A stretch of DNA of 64,000 nucleotides from NCBI GenBank assembly GCA_013239625.1, contig MU053472.1:930001-994000 (forward strand), given 5' to 3'. Numbering within the stretch: the stretch's first letter is position 1; the number at the start of each line of letters is the position of its first letter. The position numbers were made by a program, and so were the translations under genes. Under the pieces are notes generated by a model. It made no database searches and had not been told where the DNA came from. It saw only the letters and a list, made by a program, of their open reading frames with translations. Shown in pieces: positions 1-12,665 of the stretch. Source of the DNA: Lama guanicoe (Eukaryota).

Positions 1-563
1 GAGACTTCCGCCTCTGGTCCTCCCCCCAGGCTCCTGCTTCTCTTAACGGGGGAGCTCAGAACCGGGCTGAGCCTTCCCTATTTCGGGGCTGTCTATGCTG
101 TTGTCTCACACTCTCTGACCTGGACAGAGGCCCAACCTTCTTTGGCAACAAACTGTGGACACTTGGAGCCTGATGGCCTCAGAGACTATCCAATTCCCAC
201 ATTTTAAAAATGGATAAACTGAGGCATGATGGAATGGGAGACTGGCCTGAGATCATGAAAGCAAGATCCGCTTTGTGTCCGCTTCTCCTCCCTCCATGAG
301 CCCTCTGGAAATTCCACCAGGACAGAACATTGGGCAAGGCCACTGGGAGAAGCGGGAGCAATGCTGGCCAGCCTAGCACTGGAAGTGGCTCTATTTCCAG
401 TATGGATTGTCACAGAACCCAAAGAGCTGGGCAGGCCAGACAGGGCACGAGCGTAACTCAGGCTCACGGAGAAGATGGAGGCAGGGCAGGCATTGGCGTG
501 CAGTGGTAAGGGTGGAAAGGTAGCTCTGCTGATGCTTCCAGGTGCCCATTCATGCATGCATGG

Positions 564-650
564 GTGTGTGTGTGTGTGTGGTGTGCATGCACATATGAAT
601 CTGTGTGAGTGGTGTCTGAGTGCAAAGATTGTGTGTGTGTGTGTGTGTGT
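564..650. repeat. Two (TG)n microsatellite tracts
   Basis: TG dinucleotide runs at ~564-586 and ~630-650. Confidence 0.9.
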
Positions 651-751
651 CTACATGTTACAGCCCTCAGCACACTGACTGCTTTGTTCTCAAGGCTGCC
701 TCCTCCCCTGAACTGTGGCCTGATATTTCATCTTTTTTTTTTTTTAATTTC

Positions 752-818
752 ACTATTCCCAGTGCTAAGTACAGTCCATGGCATATAGTAGGTGCCCAGC
801 AAATGTTTGCTGGACTAA
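752..818 (+). mobile_element. L2 LINE 3' end fragment
   Basis: cccagtgctaagtacagtccatggcatatagtaggtgcccagcaaatgtttgctg resembles the L2 3' terminus. Confidence 0.7.
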
Positions 819-1239
819 ACCGGATTGAATTGACTTCAACTGAACTGGGATGAATTTCCCCGGTGAGACTCGAGGCACAGGAGCCAATACCAAGGAGAGG
901 GAAGGAAAACATGCCACGTGGGTGAGGTTCGTGTGGGTCTGTGCATGCATGTTTGGGGCAAGGCTCCAAGTTCGCCTGTGGGTCCGTATGCCTGCTGTGA
1001 CCCTACCCTGGCACGAGTGGGTTCAAACCACAAGGAGGGAACGTGTGCACACACACGGGTGTGCCAGCTCCAACAGCCCTCTCGTGCATGCATAAAGCCC
1101 AGTGACCCCTGGCTTTAGTCGAACCAGGTTTCTTCCCGGTAAACCTGGAGCAGCTAAAAATTAGTATGAAAATGGTAGTGTTCAGTTAAAAGGAAGGGGG
1201 GGTGGTGGGAAGAGATGAGGGTGCCCGTGAGTGCTATTT

Positions 1240-1640
1240 TATTTCTCAGTGAGAGGATAAAGTGATTTTTCCTACATAATTTTTGATGTAGAGGCTAAAT
1301 TAGGCCGGAGGAGAGGGACAAAGCAACTTTCGCCCTCATTAGTATTCCGGCCGCGTTGGCCCAGCCACGGCAGTTATGTATTTTTGCAAGTATGCATATA
1401 ATTTATTGTGGAGAACACAATTTACATGGTAGTCGATGCCTGTTTTATAGCCTCACAAATAGATGTATGAACTCAAGCATATAATGGCCCAACCAGCAGG
1501 CGCAAATACGTTCTAAATCTTCTAAATGTGCTTCACAAAAATGTAACTGAGGAATATAAAACAGATCAATTCTTGCATGTTATATATTGGTTTTTGATTT
1601 ACAAATCTAATCTGGGACATTTCTTCAGAAATGAGGGGAT
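1240..1640. promoter_or_regulatory. Candidate enhancer / conserved non-coding element
   Basis: Repeat-free AT-rich island with retained CpGs; TATGCATA 1391-1398, TTTATTG 1402-1408, TGATTTAC 1595-1602. Conservation is inferred, not measured. Confidence 0.45.
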
Positions 1641-2149
1641 TTTTCCCCCCTCCTCCCCCTCCCCTTCCTCCACCAACTTCTCTGTGCACAAACCTCACCT
1701 GCTGATCAGGTGCCTGCTGGCGCTACCCCCACCCCAGGATGTGCATGCGTGCCCACGTGTGGTGCATAGTTCTGCCCAGCTGCCTGTGTGTGCACTCAAA
1801 GGGGTGTTGGGAAGCTGCAGACCTTGGGTGGAAGGGATGGAGTGATCTTTGCTCCATCTTTGTGACCTCCCCCATTTGAAGCTGAAAATTTGGGCAGGAG
1901 GGCTGATAAGAGGACCCCTTGGGGTGTGGCATCTCTCCAGCCTGGCCCCTCTGGGCTCCTGCCTCAGTGGCCTATTTTCTCTGGACCCAGACCAGCTTCA
2001 TGACTGACTGAAGCAGAAAAAGAAAGTAATGAAGGTCTTAGGAGTGAAAACTGAACTAACATTCTCTAAGTTCCACCTTTAGTTTGTATTTTATTATACA
2101 TATTTTTATCAGTTTATCTCCATGTACATGGCTTTTTTAAAAAGCTCAT

Positions 2150-2610
2150 TTGATCAATAGTTGAATGGACACATAGACTGTGATATACTCATAAAATGGA
2201 ACATAACATAGCAAAGAAAAGGAACAAACTACTACATGCAACAGTGTGGGTGAATCTCACATGTACATAATGTTAAATGCAAGAAACCAGACCCAAAAGA
2301 GGACCTGCTGTGGTATGGTTTGATTTATATTAAGTCCAAAGCATGAACTGAACCAAACTATAGTGTTTCAAGATGGCAAATCCATCAAGGAGAGCAAGGA
2401 AATACTTTCCATAAAAGTCAGGATAGGGGTTACCTTTGAGGAAGAGAGGTTGGTGAAGTTACAAGGGGGGCATCTGGCAATGTTCTAACTCTGGGTTAAC
2501 AGTGGTTCCGTGTGTGTTCTGCTGGTGATCAATTTCTGAGCCGAGTGCTTCTCTTTTTATTCACTTTTCGGTACATGTATTTCACAATAAAAACATTTAC
2601 AAAAACAGCC
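2150..2610 (+). mobile_element. Old L1 (L1ME/L1MD-like) 3' fragment
   Basis: aaaggaacaaactactacatgcaacagtgtgggtgaatctcac... ending tatttcacaataaaaa resembles old L1M 3' ends. Confidence 0.7.
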
Positions 2611-2769
2611 TATAAGGGCTTATAATTAAAAGCAAATGGCCCTCCTCCCCTCTCCTGCTCCCCGAAGGCAGCAACTGGTAACCATTTCTGGTTGTTGTCT
2701 TCACATTTCTAGAAATGTTGTGGAACTTCCTTGGAGCCTCTTTACCAATGAAATTTTATAATCCTTTTT

Positions 2770-4105
2770 ATTTCTGTAAGGTCAGTAGTAATGTCTCCAT
2801 TTCCTTTCCTAATTTTAGTAATCTGAGTCTTCTTTCTCTCTCTCTCTCTCTTTTTTCTTTCTTGTTCAGTCTAGCTAAACTGTTGTCAATTTTCTTGATC
2901 TGTTGCAGGAAAATGTGCTACAGCTCAGTTGTGACAGTAACCCGGACCTGGGCGAGAGACCAAGCAGCAGTCAGAGAGCTGGAGAACTCAGGCTTATTAC
3001 CCCAGCGAGCCCAGAGAAGTTAACACTTCAAGCTCTGGACCAGGTCTGTAGGTTTACACAGGCCTTTTATAGGCTGCCAGTTTTACACTTTGCGACATCA
3101 TATGTAAATGAAGTACAACAGAAGTTGACCAACCAGGAACAAGCTTTGTAGAAATAGGCCAATCAGGAATGAGCTCCATGTAAATAAAGTACTACAAATG
3201 GACCAATCAGAAGTTAGGGAAATGGACCAATCAGAAGTGAGAGTAATAACCAATCAGGAGTGAAGGAAATAACCAATCAGAAATGAGCTCAGGGAACCAA
3301 TAGAATTCTAGGTGTAAGTTAGCCGCTTCAGAGGCAAAAAGTGAGATAGAGCCACTGGGCCAGGGAACCGGATGGTGCTGGCGGGAGAGTAGTGGCCTTG
3401 CCTGGGGGTCCTGTTGGTCTTTTTATGGGGCTTCCCACCTCAGATCTTTTCAGAGAACCAACTTTTGGTTTTGTTGATTTTCTCTATTTTTTCTATTCCC
3501 TATTTTGTTTATCTCCACTCATCTTTATGATGTCCTTACTTCTGCTGGCTTTGGGTTAAGTTTGGTCATCTTCTAGTAAGGTGGAAGGTTATTGTTTAGC
3601 GATCTTCCTTCTGTTTTAACATAGGTATTTACAGCTATAAATTTCCCTCTGAGCATTGCTTTTGCTGCATCTCATAAATTTCAGGATGTCGTGTCTCGAT
3701 TTTCATTCATCTCAAAATATTTTCTAATTTCTGTTGTGATTTCTTCTTTGACCCATTGGTTATGTAGGAGTGTGTTGTTTGTTTGTTTGTTTTTTACCTT
3801 CACATATTTGTGATTTTTCCAAATATCCTCTGTTCTTGATTTTTAACTTCATTCTGCTGTCATCAGAGAATATACTTTGTACGATTTCAATCTTTTAAAA
3901 CTTATGGAGACTGGTTTTTGTAGCCTAAGATATGGTGTCTCCTGGAGAACATTTCATGAGCACTTGAGAACATATATTCTGTGGTTGTTGGGTGAAATAT
4001 TCTATTAGGTTAGAAAACAGTGTCTGTTAGGCATAGTTGGTTTATAGTGCTTTTCAAGTCTTCTGTTTCTTCTGATCTTCTGTCTAGTTATTCTATCCAT
4101 TAAGT
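2770..4105 (-). mobile_element. L1M ORF2-region fragment, interrupted by a solo LTR
   Basis: T-rich antisense L1 sequence (gtctagctaaac..tgtcaattttcttgatc / ttttcagagaaccaacttttgg, tttacagctataaatttccctctgagc) is continuous across the 2901-3442 insertion. Confidence 0.85.
2901..3442 (-). mobile_element. Solo LTR of an endogenous retrovirus (ERV1-like)
   Basis: 542 bp with TG...CA termini and 4-bp TSD GATC (2897-2900, 3443-3446). TATAAAA on the minus strand at 3065-3071, six CCAAT boxes at 3159-3301. Confidence 0.9.
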
Positions 4106-5204
4106 CAATGGGATTTTTGTTACTCACCTATGTGGTACTTACAATGTACAAGTCACAGCCTCAGTTTCAGGGGTCTGCAATCTGGGAAGAAGGGGGAACT
4201 GGGCCACCCCATCCCAGCTTCCCAATACAGGATGTTCTCCCTCACTGCCACACTGTCCTGTAGCCTGGGGTCTTGAACTGCTTGAAACACCCCATCAGCC
4301 TCAAATATCCCCCCCATGTTCCCAGGGTTAACAACCCTGGAGCAAGCAAAGCAGAACTGGAAGAGTCTTGGAGACCACGTGGTGAAGGTCAATGTGCCCT
4401 TGGTACACGTGGGGAAAGAGAGGCTCAGGGAAGGGGAAGATCTTGTTCTAGGTCTCTTGGAGCCAGGCCTGCTGGTGTCCCATCAGCTGCTGAGCCCACA
4501 GCACGATAACTGATACACTATTTGTCAAAAAAAATAGAGAGAGAGAGAGATCTGTTGAAGTCACCCTCTGTGCCATTTCCATTGTAGTGCAGGGCAGTGG
4601 TGGGCAGGGGCAGGACAGAGGGTGAGTGGAGCTGTGTTGAATGGACGTTCCCAGGGCACTTAGAAGGCCTACGCTCCCATCCCCGCCTCACCACTCTGAG
4701 CTGTGTGACCTGGGGGAAGCCACTCTCTGAATTCCAGTGTCCTCTGGAAGCATCATGATTGTAGCCATCACTTCCTGAGTCCCCACCATGCTGCTGGTAT
4801 GGTACACATATAATCTCATTCAGTCTTCCCAACAGCCTGGAAAAGGCAAATACCTTTAGCATGGGAGGAAACTTGGGTCCCATAAAGCAAAAGAACTCCC
4901 CCAAAGCCACAGGCACTCACCCATCACTCTCTTGTGGCTCCAAAGCAATAGGACAGAGAGTCTGCCACTTGGCCTCCGTTCACCCTCAGAACATGAGGCT
5001 TAATGGCAGATTTGAAGCTAGACCGAGAATCAGATGATGCTCGTCACTGGGCTCGCCATTCATCTGGTTAGGTGTGATCACAGTGTGGGCAGTTATCAGT
5101 GAGAGAGGCACACTCAAGTATTTCCAGATGAAATGGTCTGCTATCTGAGATTTGATCTCAACTACCTCAGCAGGGAAAAAAAGAAAAAGAAAAAGAAGAA
5201 GATG

Positions 5205-5322
5205 GGGCAGTTGAAGTAAGATGTGCAAAGGTGATCATTGTAACTGAGTGATGGGGACTTGGGACCCGTTAAACTAGTCTCTCTAGTTTTTAATGTTTGA
5301 AAATTTCATAATAAAACAAAAA
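5205..5322 (+). mobile_element. Old L1M 3' tail
   Basis: gtgatggggact...tctctctagtttttaatgtttgaaaatttcataataaaa resembles the L1MC/ME 3' terminus. Confidence 0.6.
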
Positions 5323-6769
5323 CCCTCAGGGCTTCTGACTCCAGTTAGACCCCATCTAGAAGAGTGAGTGGTTCTCTGATAAACTGGCCACTACTCAGGG
5401 ACCATGCCCCTCAGTGTCCCCAGGGTCAGCAGGGGTCTGGTCTCCTGGTGGACTTGGCAGTGTTGTCTGGAACACAGTGTGGCTGCGTGACCACATGAAG
5501 TTCTCTTCCTGCCCTGGCCACCTGCCAGCAAAGGCGTGAGGAGGCAGGAGGCCAGCCCCCAGTGTTGAGACCCACGGTCCCCACAAGATGGAGATGGTCA
5601 TTTTCTCCCTCGACCCGGGAGAGCCCTCCTGAGAGGCCGTGGAAGGAATGGAGGACTTTGCTTTAAATAACAGGGAGGGTCGATGAGCTGGCCTCTCAGT
5701 CCCCTTCCCAGACAAACACACCCCGGCTGGGGGTCTCCACCTGTCAGGAAGGGGAGGGGTTGGAAGGCTCAAGCTGGACTTCCAAGCCTGTATTCACAGC
5801 CAGCGTCCCCATGGCAACAAGCTAGTTAAAGGGTCCTCAGTCCGGCCCCCTGGGGCCACTTATACACCCTCCAGGAGGGCAGTATTAATGGTCTACTCTT
5901 CCCTCCTCCCCCTCCCAACTCTCAGACCTTCCAAGGTGACCCCACCACCCCCTACATCACATCTCCTTGGTGTACAGAGCCCAGGAGACAAAGCTCCCGA
6001 TCCCTGGCCAAACACACTCGCACACACAGACCCACACAGAGCCCCCTGTACGTTCAGTGGGAAGGAGGCAAACATTTGCTCCCACACCTAGACATATACT
6101 TATAGTCACAAGGACATTCTCACAGTCACACGTGGCCTGGTAGGTCTGAGCTGCTGTGTCTCCACCCCCTTGCACACACACATACACACACACATGCAGG
6201 AGCTCTAGTCTGGGCAGGTTCTGGCTGTGCTGTCAGGTATAATCACACTTGTGTGTCAAGCCCTGCTCCACCACAGGGCAATAGGTAAGTTGCTCGTCTT
6301 CTTGGTCCCTTTTGAGCCTCATTTTCCCCATCTCTACATTGGGAATAATGAGACCAGCCACCTATGCCAGTGGTAAAGATTACATTTGATCACGAGAACA
6401 CAGTAGGTGCTCAGTAAATGCTCCCTCCTTCCTCCCACTGGACCGAGGGCAGACTGTGTCTCTGGAAGGCTGTGCTGGGTTCTGGGTAGGTTGGGTCTGG
6501 GAGTCGGACAGCCTGGTGGGTGACTCTGGGCTCTGCCTCCTCCCAGCTGCCTGACCTAAGCTGTTGTGGAACATCCCAGAGCCCCAGGCTCCTCTTTTCT
6601 GTGAGGATTAGACGAGTTAATACAGCACTCAGTACAGTGCTTGGTGTATCACTAATGTTGCCGCTATAGTAATGACAATAACAGCAACAAAACCATGACG
6701 CTGGTGTTGGCCAACACTGCCAGAGGGCTGACTGTGTCCCCAGCTCCCCATCACTGCACGAGCCCAGCC

Positions 6770-6930
6770 AGTCCCCACGAAGTCTAGGAGGGAGATAAAG
6801 CTATCCCCATTTCACAGATGGGAAAACTGAAATATAGAATCACTTCAGAAACTCATTCAGGCCACAGAGATAGAAAGTGGCGGCATGGGGATTAGAGCCC
6901 AGGCAGCCTGACTGTGCTTGAACCACTGGG
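6770..6930 (-). mobile_element. MIR SINE
   Basis: MIR core in reverse: ccccatttcacagatgggaaaactga...gggattagagcccaggcagcctgact. Confidence 0.8.
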
Positions 6931-8746
6931 TCACCCTGCAGGGCCAGGAGGTGCCACTGTCGTGTTTAGAGAGCAGTCAAGGGTCACAGACCAGCTCAGC
7001 CTAAGGGCTGGACCCTTCTCTTGGCAGAAGAGAAAAATAAGGTCCTGAGAGAGGTCACCCCTGTCCCATCACGTGCCTGTCACCTCCCCAATCTCGTGTC
7101 CCCTAGAGTGGGCCCTCAGGGTCTGGATTGCATAGAATCGGGGTGGCTGTAGCCGGCTAAGAGGGGGCTTGGGTACAGGGGAGCCTGAGTTGGGCTCTCG
7201 TTGGCAGAGACCACCAAATCCTGCCATAAACCCCTCCATCCCTCCTTTTCCTTGCACAAGGTGACTGAGTTTCAGTTCCTCGCACGCAATTTCTCACGCT
7301 CACCGAGATTGCCCAACTCTGCCCCATCCACCAAGCTGGACAGTACATGGCGGGACTTTTCTGCTTCCAAAGAATCCTTTGCAGGCCTCGGGCAACCCTG
7401 AAATCGCTTGGTTTTCTGTCTGTAAGGTTGGGGTGCTGCACCCTAAGTCACAGAGCTATTGTAAAGAGTACTTGCGAGAACTCGGAAAAGCTCATGGCCA
7501 AGTCCCTATACGGGATGAGCACTCAGCCAGTTGTGTTCGCTACTCTTCCCAGTTCTCAGCAGCTCCCCTCCACGCCTTCCCCTCAGGCTTGGTCCCCTGG
7601 GTCCCAAGCTCATGCGTCTCTTCCCTCCTCCAATGATCAGGCTCTGAGAACCTGTTGGGGGCGGGGCCTCGTGCCAGGTCTGCCTATGGATGTTCTATTT
7701 GATAAGGCCCTCCCCTCAGAGGACCCCACACACGGCATGAGAGAGAAGCATGCATCAGGCAAGCGAGGGAGACCACCCCACACCCAGAGCACATGGACAC
7801 AGCCAGCTCTGGTGGGCCTCACTGTGGGATGCGTGCTAGGATCCCCGGGATTTCCACGCCTGGAGTGTACTCTGACGATTAACCCAGAACTTCTGGGGTG
7901 GAGCCCTGTTGGGGGTATATATTAAATCCCCAGCAGATTATAACGTGCGTCCAGGTGGTTGAGAATCTCTGCTGGAATAAACATAGCCCCACGGGCATGA
8001 ACAGAGATGACCAGGGCTCCCAGGGAAGACTATGGTGGGACAGGCCATTGGGCCACAATCCAACCCGTGGCAGTCACTCACTCACCCACATGCATGGACA
8101 GGAAGAAATGATGGAGAATGTAAAGAGGGAATAAGGCACTGAGCGGGGGGCAGGGGAGATGGGAAAGAGCAGGGGCTCAGCAGAACCAAGGACCCTGAAT
8201 TAATATAAGTGTCACATGTCACCCACCCCTCCAGCCCACTGATGCCAAGGCAGCTCCTCCCTTTGTCCCCACCTCCCACTTACCTAATGAAGTAGATGCA
8301 GGAATAGCATCATGATGGGGTGGCCCGTGGGGTTGGGATGGACCACAGGGTCTCATAGGCCCCTGGTCACAGTCTGGGTGATGGAGAGGAGGCGGAGCAC
8401 AGGACCACCATTAGGAAAGGATCTGGTACCCACCTCCACCCCCCCCACCATCAAGTTTTGAAAACAGTTGAAAGGCTTTTAAAAACAGACTTTTAGATAT
8501 AAGGAATCTCAACTCTAGAAAATGTCTTAGAAATCCACCTGCCCAACTCCCAAACAGATGTGGACACTGAGGCTCAGAGAAGGGCATGCAGGGAGTCATC
8601 AGCATCCGGTGGTGGCGTTGTTTGTGAGATTTCCCTGCACCGTCCCTGGGTTGAGGTGCAAGGATGCGAGATGCCTTCTCATCATTCTGAGAGGCTGCCA
8701 AAAAATCACGCTGGAGGCAGGTGAACCGAGATGGTGAGAAAGCAGC

Positions 8747-9107
8747 TGTATTAGTCCCCTAGGACTGCCACAGAAAATTGCTTCCAGCTTGGTGGTTTAA
8801 AACAACAGAAATGTATCCTCCTGCAGTTCTAGAGGACAGAAGTCTGAAACTGAGGTGTGGGCAGGGTTGGTCCCTTCTGGAGGCTCGGAAGGAGAATCTC
8901 CTCCATGTCTCACTCCTTACCTTCCAATGGCTGCTGGCACCCCTTGGCTCAGAGCTGCATCACTCCAATCTCTGCCTCCGTCTCCACACGGCCCTTTCTA
9001 TGTTTCTTTGCATCTCAAATCTCCTTCTTTCTCTTGTAAGGGCCCAGCTCATTGGACCCACTGTAAACCTAGGATGATCTCAAGATCTTTAAATTAATTG
9101 TATCTGC
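8747..9107 (-). mobile_element. MLT1 (ERVL-MaLR) LTR, MLT1C/D-like
   Basis: tgtattagtcccctaggactgcc...ggtggtttaaaacaacagaaatgtat...cagttctagaggacagaagtctgaaa...catcactccaatctctgcctccgtc is diagnostic of MLT1. Confidence 0.85.
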
Positions 9108-10319
9108 TGGGTTTAGCCTTGAAGGATGAGAAGGACTTCAATGGAGAGAAGTGGGGAGGAGGTTCCAAAGTGAGCCCCAAGTCTGTAATTGTTGGGGTGG
9201 TTGCCAGAGGGCCCTCTGGAGTGCCCCAGGCTGGGCCCCAGGAGACTCCTGCCACACCTGGTGTCCCCGGCTTGTCCTCTGCTGACCCCTCCACTCAGCT
9301 CTGAGCTCCTGAGAGCAGAAGCCAGAAATGTCATCAGAGTACCTGAAGGATGGGGACAGCACACAGTAGGGGCTCAACACTTTTGTTGGCTAAGTGACTA
9401 GATGGACAAAGGGCTACGTTTGAAGGGTAACTGGAAAGAGAAGACCCCTAAGAATCTTGAGGTGGGGGACCACCGACCCACCTCACCTTCAACACATGCC
9501 ACCGTTACTACCATCAGTGATTGACTGCTGAGATTCTTTCTGTACACCCTCCCAACACACACATCCCTCAAGGATTTGAGGTAGCTTGCAAAAAAAAAAA
9601 GATACAAATAGGTAAAATAAAATTTAAATATGTAAAGATGAAATTGAGACTAAGGAAAAATGTGGGGGGATTTATCAGCATTGGCATCATCCATTGAGTA
9701 CCTACTGTGTGCAGGACACAGATCGGTGGTGATTCTAATTTCTCAAAGGAAAAGGGGACCTGGCCAAGGAGGCAGCTGGTTATTTTAAAATTCCAGAGTT
9801 TTCAATTTGGAACAGCCCCTAGAAGGGCCTGATTTCAATCCCCTACACAAAAAAGAATGCCCTCGACTTCATTCGTTCACTTGTTCATTTGTTCATTCAA
9901 CAAGTCCTTATCGAGCACCTACTGTGTGACTGCTGACAAGGACAGGTAAGACGGGCAGCCTGGACAGAACTGCAGTAATCTGTTACTGCTCCATCTGTCT
10001 CTGCTCTTTACAAAGTGCTCTCCAAGGGCTGCTTCTCTGGTGGCTCCTTGCTAGGACCCTGCAGGGAAGTGGGACACAGATGTCGAGGCTGGGATCTGAC
10101 CTCTTGGGGCCACTGAGTAAGAGAGCAGAGCTCAGGTCCCATCCAGGTTTTCTGGAATGGGAACAGGATGGATGCCAGGTGTTCAACAGGTGTTTTAGGT
10201 AGTGTATTTCAGTTTATGTATCATTATGCAGTGTGAGCTCAGGCTGGGTACTCAGCTTCTCTGTGTCTCCCTAAGCTCATTTGTAAAGTGGAGGTAATGA
10301 AAAATAAAAGGACCTAACG

Positions 10320-10470
10320 TGCCAGTGTTGGTCTTGGCAAATGTCCCATGGTTACGTAAGATGTTAACAATAGGGGAAACTGAGTGAGGAGTTTATGGAA
10401 CCCTCTATCTTGGCAACTTTTCTGTAAATCTAAAATTCTTCCAAATTTAAAAGTTTATTTTAAAAAAGTA
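10320..10470 (+). mobile_element. L1MC-like 3' terminus
   Basis: caaatgtcccatggttacgtaagatgttaacaataggggaaactg...caacttttctgtaaatctaaaattcttcc. Confidence 0.8.
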
Positions 10471-11784
10471 AAAAGACTGTCTCATGAGTTGATTGCAAGG
10501 AAGATTTACTAAAGTATATTCTAAGTATTCGTGATAATGACTTTATTCTCACAAAATATTGTGATGGAGGTTTACTATTCCCACTTTCCAAACGGGCCCT
10601 GGAGAAGTTCAGTGAGTTGCCTAGGGTCATACAGACAGTATTAGGCAGCGTCTGGATTTGAATCCAGGCCTGAAATGCTCCGGAGGCCACACTCCATCCG
10701 CCACACTCTGCTCCCTCTAATGTTCTAGAACTTTTACCGACAAGGAAATGATCGCTTCACTGGGAGCAGTTCTGCTAGTTAAGAAATGATCGTTACAATG
10801 ATAAACGATCAAATGTGCTGCCCTGGAGCTTTCGTGGGTTGATCCTCGTTCTACCCTCTGGGATTTGCATGGAGCGCATCTCCACCCAGTGCTCCTTCCA
10901 GCCCTCAGGTGTAGTAAGCAGAATCCACATTCTATTCGGAGGCCAAATATTCCTTGGTGCCTCCCATAGCATAGCCAGGAACTCATAGCTCAGGCCTTGA
11001 TTCCGAATGGATGGCCACCTCCTCCCCTGCACCATCTCAGATGAGCTGACCCATGTCATCTGCATTGTCCCTCTTTACCTTAAGTGAGGAGCTCAAAACG
11101 GGCCCAGGGCTCCGAGTGTGGCCTCTTAGAGCTCAGCCACTCTCTTCCTCCAGGGATCTGGACCGCGGGGTACGGCTTATGCAACCTGGGGGTAAGGTAG
11201 CCTCACTTGCTGCTGAAGGGGACAGGGAGAGCATGGCCCAGGCTGCTGGGATGTCCCCAAATCAGAAGACACAGTGTTCAGTCCCGGGGACTCTGTGTGG
11301 TGGTGTGGTTGTGGGCAGTCCTTTAGCCTTCCTAAGACTCAGTTACATTATCTGTTACATAAGAAGACTAACAACCACACTTCCTGTCTCTACCTTCCTC
11401 TCCAGTAGAGTCTCAGGTGAGACAGGATGTCCTGGCTCTGCCCATCCCATCCTCAACCCCCGTCCCTTATACTTCCCGATAGCATAGCACATCCTTGGGA
11501 CTGTAACACCAGTCTTCTTATATCTCTTCTCCCCAGAATTCTACAGTTCCTTCTGGAGCAGCAACTGTGTTTTATTTACCATTAGGCATCCAGTGTCTGG
11601 TAAAATCGACAGTAGAAAATCTTATATAGCACTTCCTCTGGCCTGGACTCAACCCTGTGAGGTAGATTCTATTATTACCCCTATTTTACAGAGGAGGAAC
11701 CTGAACAGAGAAATGTCTGGCACATAAAAAGTGTCCAATATCTGTTATTGTTAGAGATGGAAGGCTGGATAGGTGAGTTAATGA

Positions 11785-12060
11785 GCAGATTGGTGGATGG
11801 ACGGTTGGGTAGATGGGTAGATGGGTGGGTATATGAAAGAATGGATGGATGGGTGCATATGGTACATATGGTTGTATTGGTACACGGGTGAGGGCATGGG
11901 TGAGTAGACAGCGGTGGGTGGGCATGTGGAAGGATGACTGGATGAGTGGGAGGGTGGATGGATGGATCGATGGATGGAAGAGTGAGTGCATAGATGGACA
12001 GATCATGGATATGAGGATGAGTGAGTGAATAGATGAATGAGGGGATGGGTGGATATGTGG
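11785..12060. repeat. Degenerate (GGAT/GGGT)n simple repeat
   Basis: Runs of gatggatg/gggtgg; explains the Pro/His/Ser-rich ORFs on the minus strand. Confidence 0.85.
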
Positions 12061-12229
12061 ACAAGTACTTGGAGGGGGGTTCAGAAAGTGCCTGTATTAT
12101 CAAGTCCTGAGGGTGAGGAAATAACCTTGCAACCATTTAAAGGGTGGAGGCATTCTGAAATATCACAGGAAACCTCCTCCCTCTAATAGTGGAAAGCGAT
12201 TGGGAACAGGAGACGCCCTCACTCCAGAG

Positions 12230-12665
12230 CTTTGGGCAGGCGGCCATCTCCCAGACCTGCGGATTTCTCCTCCCCTGCCCTGACACGGCCTCGCGGCAGC
12301 ACCCCTGACCCCAACCCCAACACCTGAGGATGAAGGGTTGGCAGAGGCAGCGGGTGGGAGGGCGGCACGTTCCCTCATTGTTGGCGGTAACCTTCCTCCC
12401 GGCTGCTTGTTCTGCGTAATGTTACACTTGTCTTCCCGCAACACTTGGATACCCGAGCCAATTTTGTCATGCAAATGAATTCAGCCCGGTGTAAATCCCG
12501 CGGAGGGAGCGGGTCTCCGAGCCAGCGGGGGCGGGGCTGCGCCCAGAGCGCGAGTGCCTTCCCCCAGCCCCCTCCACCGCCACGGAGGATGGGGTTACAG
12601 AGTCTTGCTGTGGACCCCTGACCGGTCCCCGCTGGAATCCCAGACCGTTAAAGCAGTAACGGGCT
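12230..12665. promoter_or_regulatory. CpG-rich patch with SOX-OCT composite, CCAAT and GC box
   Basis: Dense CpGs; CCAAT 12458-12462, TTTTGTCATGCAAAT 12462-12476, GGGGCGGGG ~12528-12536. Confidence 0.55.

Noticed and set aside
7347..7925. 192-aa ORF
   Set aside because: Overlaps MIR-like sequence; no domain or exon structure.
11681..12136. 151-aa Pro/His-rich ORF
   Set aside because: Translation of the (GGAT)n simple repeat.
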